A stretch of 32,640 nt of DNA, from NCBI GenBank assembly GCA_035277405.1, contig DATEKP010000081.1, forward strand, positions 1 through 32,640, in the 5' to 3' direction. The notes beneath the pieces are model-generated. The model had not been told where the DNA came from and ran no database searches. It saw nothing but the letters and a program-made list of their open reading frames with translations. Numbering within the stretch: position 1 is the stretch's first letter; every line of letters starts with the position of its first letter. Positions 17,178 through 24,600 of the stretch are shown in pieces. The stretch is from Stellaceae bacterium (GTDB taxonomy: Bacteria > Pseudomonadota > Alphaproteobacteria > ATCC43930 > CGMCC-115725). The position numbers were made by a program, and so were the translations under genes.

Positions 17178-19326
17178 GAAATTGCCCGAGGAAGAACTGC
17201 CGGATGGACCGCACGATGCGCCACGCGATCGGCTCGTCGGCGTGCTTGAAAAACACGTAAGCCCGCGAGCCCAGCATCGCGGAGCCGGTCGGTTCCAGCA
17301 ACTCGATGTCGAGCTGGAAAAATCGGAACAATGCCTGCGGATGCTGCATCTGCGACGGGTCCAGCGCGATCGAGCCGCCGCCACGCGTCGTCAGGGCGAG
17401 ACTCGGGACATCCTGCTGCGCCGCCGGCACCTCGCGCAGGATCTTGGCCGGGATCGGATGGTCGAGATCCTCGGCAAGATGGGCTTCGACGACGGTCGAG
17501 GGCTGCCGGATCAGGTCGACGTCGGTCTGCGGCGCCAACACCCGGACGACCGGATGACCATCACGCAGCACATAGCCGAGCAGCTCGCCTCGCTTGACGA
17601 AGCGCCCCAGCAGGCTGGCCGCCTCCTCGCCCGACGCCAGAATGAACCGCCCGCGCCGCGCGGCGTCGATGTCGAGGTCTTGCTCCTGCCTGCGGGCGGC
17701 GCTCAGCTGCTCCTTCAGGTGCTTCTGCTGGTCGAGGAACATCTCGGTCTGGACGCGATCGATCTGCCTGACCGCATCGAGGCGCTGCATTACTTCCTCA
17801 AGCTCGGCCTTGATCACGGTCACCTTGGCGTTGAGGATCGGGTCCGCCAGAACGAGCAGCGGTTCGTTCGCTTCGACTTCGCTCCCCGGCAGCGCCGCCA
17901 CCTTGGTCACGAACCCATCGGTCTTGGCGCGCAATTCGGCCTGATCGGGGACGATGACGACGCCCTCGGCGAAGGTCGAATAAGGGATGGGGATGCCGAA
18001 CAGCACCACGACGGCCGCCGCGACGGCGCCCCCGACGACCGCGAAGGCGCGCCGCCGGTGGCCCCGCAGCCGTTGGCTGGTGGCGAGAAATCTCAGCCCC
18101 TTGAACAGCGGCCAGATCGCGATCGCGATGACCGCCCACAGCGCCATGACGAGGCCTATGGCGAAAATCCGCGTCGCGAGGAACAGCGCAATCCCAAGCG
18201 ATACGGTCATCCGGTAGGCGAACGACAGAACCGCATAACCGAGCAGCCATTTCGCCTCGCTCGGCACGATCACCGGCGTCTCGACGTCGTCGACCCTGAA
18301 GAGATGCCGCTGTATCAGGTAGAAGATGTAAGCATTGGCGCGCGTCCCGAGATTGGGAACCTCGATCAGGTCGGAGAAGATGTAATACCCGTCGAAGCGC
18401 AAGAGCGGATTGCCGTTGAACAGCAGCGTCGAGACGCCGCCGATCAGCATGACGTTAAAGGCGAGCGTGCGGCCGAGGCCTGGGCTGCCCTGCACCCACA
18501 GGATCATCGCGATTGCAGCGAGCGTCATCTCCACCATGATGCCGGCCGCCCCGACGATGATCCGGCGTCGCTTCTGCCCGAACGCAGCGGACGCCGAGGC
18601 ATCGACGTAGAGGACCGGGATGAAGACGAGCAGCATGACGCCGACCTCATGCACCTCGCCGCCCCAGATTTTGGTCGCGTAGGCGTGGCCGAGCTCGTGC
18701 AGGCTTTTGACGAATGGATAGACGCAGATGATGACGGCGACGTTTTCGGCCGTCAGCACCCTGTCAGACACGTCCGAGGTCAGCTCCGGCGCGTGCAGCG
18801 CCGCCAGCACCAGGCCGACCAGCACGATTGCGAGCCACCCGACGAAGCCTGCCGCCGTGAATACCGGCCGCATAAACGGCATGGTCAGATCGAGCAGCCG
18901 GTTGGGATCGAACAGCGGGATGCGCACGGCCATCGGGTTGCGCAGCTGCTGCATCATGCGGCGCTGGCTCGCCTGGTCCGACCGCTTCACCATTTCGTCG
19001 AAATCGGGCGGGGTCTCGCCCCACAGCAAATCCGCGCTGTGCAGCTGGGCGAGAAGCTGGATCGTCTCGTCCTGTGTCGGCGGATCGTCGCTGGCCCGTC
19101 GCCCGGCGGCCTCCCAGATCGCACGCACGGTGCGACGGCCGTCCATCAAGCAGACCATCAGGTTGGCGATCGGCGACAGCGAGTGGAACCGCCCGGTCTG
19201 ACGGTCCTGCAGGATGTACCAGGCGCGGCGGCGAAACACCTGGCGGTGCAATGTCGTATGCGGCCGCAGCCGCGGCTTCAGATCGGCAACTCTGTACCAG
19301 GAGCTGCTGAACAGAGAGCGGCTCAC
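17170..19326 (-). CDS. Fusion protein: PqqD-like (RRE-like) N-terminal domain + site-2-protease/M50 membrane metalloprotease core + HlyD-like C-terminal domain
   Basis: 718 aa with a GTG start. Residues ~25-100 (AWYILQDRQTGRFHSLSPIANLMVCLMDGRRTVRAIWE...ETIQLLAQLHSADLL) resemble PqqD. HELGH is at 18685..18699 and NPLLRFDG (S2P NxxPxxxxDG motif) at 18388..18411, within about 6 or more hydrophobic segments. The C-terminal third (LRAKTDGFVTKVAALPGSEVEANEPLLVL, a coiled coil, then YVFF) resembles an MFP. Confidence 0.88.
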   Translation of the reverse strand: MSRSLFSSSWYRVADLKPRLRPHTTLHRQVFRRRAWYILQDRQTGRFHSLSPIANLMVCLMDGRRTVRAIWEAAGRRASDDPPTQDETIQLLAQLHSADLLWGETPPDFDEMVKRSDQASQRRMMQQLRNPMAVRIPLFDPNRLLDLTMPFMRPVFTAAGFVGWLAIVLVGLVLAALHAPELTSDVSDRVLTAENVAVIICVYPFVKSLHELGHAYATKIWGGEVHEVGVMLLVFIPVLYVDASASAAFGQKRRRIIVGAAGIMVEMTLAAIAMILWVQGSPGLGRTLAFNVMLIGGVSTLLFNGNPLLRFDGYYIFSDLIEVPNLGTRANAYIFYLIQRHLFRVDDVETPVIVPSEAKWLLGYAVLSFAYRMTVSLGIALFLATRIFAIGLVMALWAVIAIAIWPLFKGLRFLATSQRLRGHRRRAFAVVGGAVAAAVVVLFGIPIPYSTFAEGVVIVPDQAELRAKTDGFVTKVAALPGSEVEANEPLLVLADPILNAKVTVIKAELEEVMQRLDAVRQIDRVQTEMFLDQQKHLKEQLSAARRQEQDLDIDAARRGRFILASGEEAASLLGRFVKRGELLGYVLRDGHPVVRVLAPQTDVDLIRQPSTVVEAHLAEDLDHPIPAKILREVPAAQQDVPSLALTTRGGGSIALDPSQMQHPQALFRFFQLDIELLEPTGSAMLGSRAYVFFKHADEPIAWRIVRSIRQFFLGQFRV

Positions 19327-19333
19327 TGTGGCC

Positions 19334-21268
19334 TCACATCCAGCGCCAGAACCATAGCTGCAGCCAATCGATCACCGGATGTACCCAAATCCACGCGAGA
19401 TTGCGGCGGCCGACGCGGATTTTGCCGATACCCTCCATGCCGGGCCTGAGCTGCGGCGGGTTTTGCGTGAGCCGTCCTTCGACGCGAAACACATTGCGCC
19501 CGGCATGCGCCTCGGCGATCGGCGTGACCTTGTCGATCAGGAACGGCAATCCCGTGTTGGGCAACGCGGTGACGATCAGATCGCCGGTCTGGCCGGGCGC
19601 CACGGCGCGAACCTCGCGCTCGTCCACGTCGAGGATCACCCGATAGGCGGCAAGCGGCGCGATTTCGAACAGCACCTGGCCGCGCTGCACCGACGTGCCG
19701 ACCAGCTGGCTCAGGTCGCCCGACACCACCAGCCCCGCTATCGGCGAGCGCAGCTGAATGCGGGCGAGCTGCGCATCGATCAACTTGATGTGCGCGACCG
19801 CCTGATCGATCTGGGCGCGAATAACATTGATCGCCGCCGGCTCGCGCGCCGCCAGCGCCTTGTCGTATTCATACTGATGCTGCTGTCGTTCGGTCACCCA
19901 TTTGAGCCGCTCGAGCAGCAGGTCGCGGTCTTCCAGCGAGGCGACGAGTTCTCCTTCCGCGACCTTGTCGCCGGGGCGCACGTCGGCGTCCTTGATGAAC
20001 CCGTCATACGGCGCCACGATCGCGCGCCGCACGAGGCCTTCGATCTGGGCATCGGCATTGACGTTGTAGGTGCCCTGGGCCAGCGACAGGAACAGCGCCG
20101 CGGCGGCAATCGCGATGACCACGAGCTTGCGCACCAGGTGGCCGGGGCCGACCAGCCGCACAATTTGCCGACGCAAGCTCTCACCGGTCTTGACGATCAG
20201 CCAACGGTCGTTGCGGCGCTTTTCTTCAAGCACCGGGCCGACGATCGCGACCGCCAGCTCGAGCAATTCGACCGTGTCCTGCTCGAACGGCTCGTCGGCC
20301 GGACGCTCGAACGTCAGCGCGCCGACGAAGCTGTCGACGACCAGCATCGGGACGGTGAGGACCTGCCCATTGTGGTGCAGGCGCGACAATTCCGCATGCG
20401 CGGTGGTCGCGATCAGCTGGTCGGCCGGCGCCGGATAGAGAATGAGACAGCGCTGATCGAGCGCCTCGTCCATCGCCTTGGCGAGCCCGCTCACCAAAAC
20501 CATGCGCTCACCAAACTGCGCGGTATGGGAGATGACCTTGACGGCGACGGCGCTGCCGATGCGGATTCCGAGACTGACGCGGGTGCATTTGCAGCGGACC
20601 GCCAGCGCGGTGACAGCGGCCAGCGCCGCCGCTTCGAAACCATCGCGCGCGAGCGCATCCGCCAGGAGGTCGAGCGCCGCCCGCGAGCGCTCGATCAGCC
20701 GTTCCTGCTCGATGCCGCGAGCCTGCCGCAGCCGCTCGCGAATCCATGCGACACCCCATTGCAGCTGGCGCAGCGCGGACTTGATGTCGTCGGGCCGGGC
20801 GCCGTGCAACGTCACGCCCGCCACCCCCTTCAGCTCGCCGTCAAGCTGGATCGGCAGGGCGACATGAGCCGCCGCAGCCTCTCCGGTGCGTCCGGCGGCA
20901 TCGGTGTCGGCGACGCCCCGCCGCTCGCGCAAAGCCAGTTCGGCGGCCTCGATCAGCGGCGCCGAGCGGGTCGAGCCTTCCGGCCAGAATGCCACCGCCT
21001 GGAAACTGTTGGGGGCGGCGGCGGCGAGCAGAACGACGCCACGCGCCGCCCCCGCAATGATCTGACATTGCAATGCGAGCCAAGCGCCCGCCATTTCGAA
21101 CAGCGTTTGCGAGTCGCCGAGGCGGCGCCACAAGGCGGGCTCGAGCGACGCGACCGGCGCACCGACGTCATCCGCCTCATCGGCCGCCGACGGCGCGCCG
21201 GCCGGTTCGCTCGCCGCGGCCGCCATCGATCCGGCCCGCAAGGAAGATTGCTGGGGGGGCGGAGTCAT
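19334..21268 (-). CDS. GAF-GAF-TM-HlyD membrane fusion protein
   Basis: ATG 21268 lies 5 nt after the DUF3467 gene's stop; track start 21343 would overlap that gene. There are two GAF-like regions (…GVVLLAAAAPNSFQAVAFWPEG…ALPIQLDGELKGVAGVTL and …VSLGIRIGSAVAVKVISHTAQ…VPMLVVDSFVGALTFER). These are followed by a TM segment (LVVIAIAAAALFLSLA) and an MFP core (IVAPYDGFIKDADVRPGDKVAEGELVASL, a coiled coil, then LRSPIAGLVVS). Confidence 0.8.
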   Translation of the reverse strand: MTPPPQQSSLRAGSMAAAASEPAGAPSAADEADDVGAPVASLEPALWRRLGDSQTLFEMAGAWLALQCQIIAGAARGVVLLAAAAPNSFQAVAFWPEGSTRSAPLIEAAELALRERRGVADTDAAGRTGEAAAAHVALPIQLDGELKGVAGVTLHGARPDDIKSALRQLQWGVAWIRERLRQARGIEQERLIERSRAALDLLADALARDGFEAAALAAVTALAVRCKCTRVSLGIRIGSAVAVKVISHTAQFGERMVLVSGLAKAMDEALDQRCLILYPAPADQLIATTAHAELSRLHHNGQVLTVPMLVVDSFVGALTFERPADEPFEQDTVELLELAVAIVGPVLEEKRRNDRWLIVKTGESLRRQIVRLVGPGHLVRKLVVIAIAAAALFLSLAQGTYNVNADAQIEGLVRRAIVAPYDGFIKDADVRPGDKVAEGELVASLEDRDLLLERLKWVTERQQHQYEYDKALAAREPAAINVIRAQIDQAVAHIKLIDAQLARIQLRSPIAGLVVSGDLSQLVGTSVQRGQVLFEIAPLAAYRVILDVDEREVRAVAPGQTGDLIVTALPNTGLPFLIDKVTPIAEAHAGRNVFRVEGRLTQNPPQLRPGMEGIGKIRVGRRNLAWIWVHPVIDWLQLWFWRWM

Positions 21269-21273
21269 TCGGC

Positions 21274-21591
21274 CTATCGCTCGATGTCGAGCGCCCCGTG
21301 CCTCGCCTCGTATTCGCGCAGCACGCCGCCGAGCACGGTCCACAACCGCTTTGCCGCAAACGGCGTCAGGACGATCCGGTTGGTCAGATCGACCACGACT
21401 TGACCCGCATCAGCGACATTCCAGGTCCGGTTCATCCCGAAGAACAGATCGACCTGCTCTCGTGTGCTCTGCACGTTGACGACATTGGCGAAATGCGTCG
21501 CCATCTCGTTGTCGTTCCACTGCACCGACGGAGCCGCAGGGGCGTCGGCGGCGGGCGGTTGCGTCCCCGAACCGGCGGAGGTCTTTGCCAT
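21274..21591 (-). CDS. DUF3467-like small protein (105 aa)
   Basis: ATG 21591 is preceded by AGGA about 13 nt upstream. The N-terminus MAKTSAGSGTQPPAADAPAAPS is disordered. The core WNDNEMATHFANVVNVQSTREQVDLFFG...VVDLTNRIVLTPFAAKRLWTVL matches my recollection of the DUF3467 signature (Y/F-aN-v-v-hs-eEf-lDFG). Confidence 0.72.
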   Translation of the reverse strand: MAKTSAGSGTQPPAADAPAAPSVQWNDNEMATHFANVVNVQSTREQVDLFFGMNRTWNVADAGQVVVDLTNRIVLTPFAAKRLWTVLGGVLREYEARHGALDIER

Positions 21592-21627
21592 CTTGTCGCG
21601 TTCCTCTGTAAAGGTTCGCCGTCGCAT

Positions 21628-21656
21628 GTCCGATTTAAGATTTTCTTAAATCCGAC
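21628..21656 (-). promoter_or_regulatory. AT-rich imperfect inverted repeat (intercistronic hairpin or operator candidate) between the giant gene and the DUF3467 gene
   Basis: Plus strand: GTCCGATTTAAG-ATTTT-CTTAAATCCGAC. The arms are 12 nt with 11 of 12 positions pairing. It is the most AT-rich spot in an otherwise GC-rich 92-nt spacer. No U-tract follows on the transcribed strand. Confidence 0.45.
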
Positions 21657-21683
21657 GCGGCGGCGTACCCGCCCCGCGCGAGA

Positions 21684-24600
21684 TCAGGTTTCGAACCACG
21701 CTCTGGCGGCGACGCGGCCGAAATCGCGCAGTGCGGTCAGCCACGACGACGACGGCACCACCATCGCTTCATCCGCCGAAGCATAGGCCGACTGCCCGGG
21801 CTGCGACGGATTCGCATCGGCCGCCGCGCGAGCGTCGGCGACGACGATCGTCAGCGGCTCGGGCTGCGGGGCCACAAAAGTCCCGGCCGCCTCGTCGAAG
21901 ACCCAGGTCTGGCGCTGCCCGCCGGACCCCGGCGCGGGCTGGTGGCGGGCGACCGCGAAACTGATCTCGCTGTCGCGAACCGCCCGGATGACATCGTCCG
22001 GCGAGGCGAACGCAAACTGGCGCGCTGCCTGCGACGCCTCGGCCTTGTCGCCGAACAGGATCTCAGTTCCGCCGTCGGCAGTGATCGGGGCGGCCCCGAT
22101 GTCGCCGGGCAGCACCAACCGAACCGCCTGATCGGCCGTGTCCGGCGTCAAGAACTGCGCCTCGCCCGCCGCCGCCAGCAGGCGCTGCATGGTCCCTGTG
22201 CCGAACGGACCAAACGGTGCATCCGCGTCCGGCGCAGTCTGCCCGATGGTGTCCGCTTGGCGCGGCGGCAAGCCGGCGAGGGCCGGCGGGGGCAGCGTGA
22301 TCGATGCCGCGCCGGGCACCGAGAGCTCGTCGAGCAGCGGGAAGACGGATTGCGGCGGCGGTTGAACCGACGATCGGTCTGCCGGTCGGTCAGCCACCGG
22401 CGCGGTCGCAACCGGCAACAGCAGCGGCGCGCTCTCGTCCTGCAAGGCCGGCGCCGGCGTGCTCATGGCCGGCACCGGCTGCAGGGTTGCCGGGGTATCC
22501 TCGCTTGCCAGCGGCGCCAGGACCGTCTGGACCGGCGGCGCCAGCCGTGTTCCGGTGCTGAGGTATTCCGACATCAGGCCGCTGGTCGTATCGGCGAAGC
22601 CGAGCACGTGCGCGAGCTCGTGCATCTCGACGGTCAGCAGATCCATTGCGCCGGCGGCAGCGCTGCCCGGCAGGGCGACAAGCCCGTCTGACGCAGTCAG
22701 CAGGAAGGCGTCGTCCGTCGTGGGGTTCGGGTCGATAAACCAGCCCCAGCCCGCCGCGTTGGGCGACAACGTGATCGTGTCGCCGACCGTGATGCCGAGC
22801 CCGTCGTCCGGCAACGCCGCGATGTCGATCGTCACCGCCCGCAATTCGGCGATCGTCGCGGCATCGAGCGAGTAGACCGCCGTCAGCCGGTCGATCGCGG
22901 CGCCGAGCTCGGCGTCGACCTCGCTCATGGTCAGCGACGTGACCCCGACGGCCGCCGCGGTTGGCGCCGAGGCCGCGTACATGTGCTGGATCGTCTCGGT
23001 CTTCAGGTTCGAATCGTCGGTGAAGACCGTGCTCTGCGTGAAGGTCGCTTTGCCGGTCAGCACCGCGAGGCCGAACTGCCCGCCGGTCAGCACCGAGTTG
23101 TAGGTGTAGCTGAGCAGCTGCAGCCCGTTGACCTTGAGGACGACGAAATTGCCGTTGGCGTTGATCTCGATCGCATAGCTCGTGCCGCTGGCGATCGTGA
23201 AGGACGCCTTGGCGTCGAATACGAAGCCGCTCTTGCTCGTGTAGTGGCCGAGCGCAACCTGGTTGGTGCCGCGCAGCAGCACCGCGAATTTGTAGTAGCC
23301 GGGATTGTCGTAAGCATAAACGAGGCCAGCCTCGCCGGTCGTCTGCAACGTCGCCTTGAGATCGAGCGTCGCGTTCGGCTGCAGGCTCAGCGTGCCGGCC
23401 GGCAGCCCGAACGCCGGGCCGATGTCGATCAGCTGGATGGCCGCACCGCCCGACGGCGCGCCCTTTGCGGTCGAGGCCGTTCCGGTATCGCTGCCGGGCG
23501 CCATCGTCCAGCTGCCCGAGCTCGGCGGCGCGTAATACTGCGCGGTGCCGCCGGTGTACGTCTCGGTATAGGTGAAGCTGGTCGGCGGCACCGGCTGCTG
23601 GATCACCAGGTTGCTGAAGCTCGACAGTGAGTTGTTGGCGCCGAGCCCGACGATGCCGTAGTTGACGCCGATATTGACGCCGTTCACGACGTTCCACGGA
23701 AACAGGAAGCTGACCGCCATGCTCGCGTTGTTGTTGACGATCAGGTAGGCGTAGTTGTTGTTCAGCGACAGGAACAAATTGTACCTCGTGCCGGCGACGA
23801 TTTGAGCCGGCGCCTGCGCGTCGATGACCCACGGCACCGCCTGCGTCGGATCGTAATGGCCGATCTCGACCTTGTTGATCGACTCGTCGATGCCGGCGAA
23901 CTTGAAATTGCTCGGGCTCTGGTAGTCGAAAATGATGTAGGCGTTCGACTTGTAGCCGGCGGTCGGCTTGCCGGTCGCCACCGACGCGGTCAGTTCGAAA
24001 TAGTTGGGCAATGTGTTATTCGGATCGAACACCGCGAAGGAATTGGTAAAGAGGGCGGGCGGGGTCGCGTTGAGCAGGCCGTTCTTGACCGTCCAGGTGC
24101 CGCTGACCGGCTCGACCGCTCCCAGCGTGTTGTTGGTGAAGCTGGCGGAGGCGATGACCGTGCGCGAGCCGCCCGGGATGTGGCCCTGCGCCACCGCCTG
24201 GTTCGGCGCGCCGCCCTGCATCTGCCAGAACGGATCGACCTGCGTCACGAGGCCGAGCTCGCCATAGGGCTCGCCGTTGCGCGCCGGGTCGGCGATGCTG
24301 ATGTCGTTGCTGACATTGTCGGCACCGTCGGCGGCCGACAGCTGGTAGAGGTAGGCGAACAGCGCCGGGTTGACGTCGCGGCTGACCGTCGGCAGGCCGT
24401 AGGGCGCAAACGGGATGACGTATTGGTTGAACTCGCCGCGCCAGGCGATCAGCCGGTCGTTGGCGCCGCCGGCGATCAGCGTGTTGCGCCCGGCGCCGGC
24501 GAAGATGACGCTGTGCATGTAGGCGTTGTTGTCGGTGACGTCGTTCAGCCCCGGCTGCGATCCACCTGTCAGGTTGCGCTGACCGTTCAGCAGATCGTCG

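Noticed and set aside
15172-21627. Most-upstream track starts at 21627 (DUF3467), 21343 (GAF-MFP), 17384 (SecA-like) and 15210 (MFP). The same issue applies outside this span at 10963 and 4944.
   Set aside because: Each would create a long overlap with the preceding gene and add an Arg/Ser-rich, non-protein-like extension. Downstream starts give tight coupling, and in some cases better RBS or signal sequences. The SecA-like and MFP starts remain uncertain.
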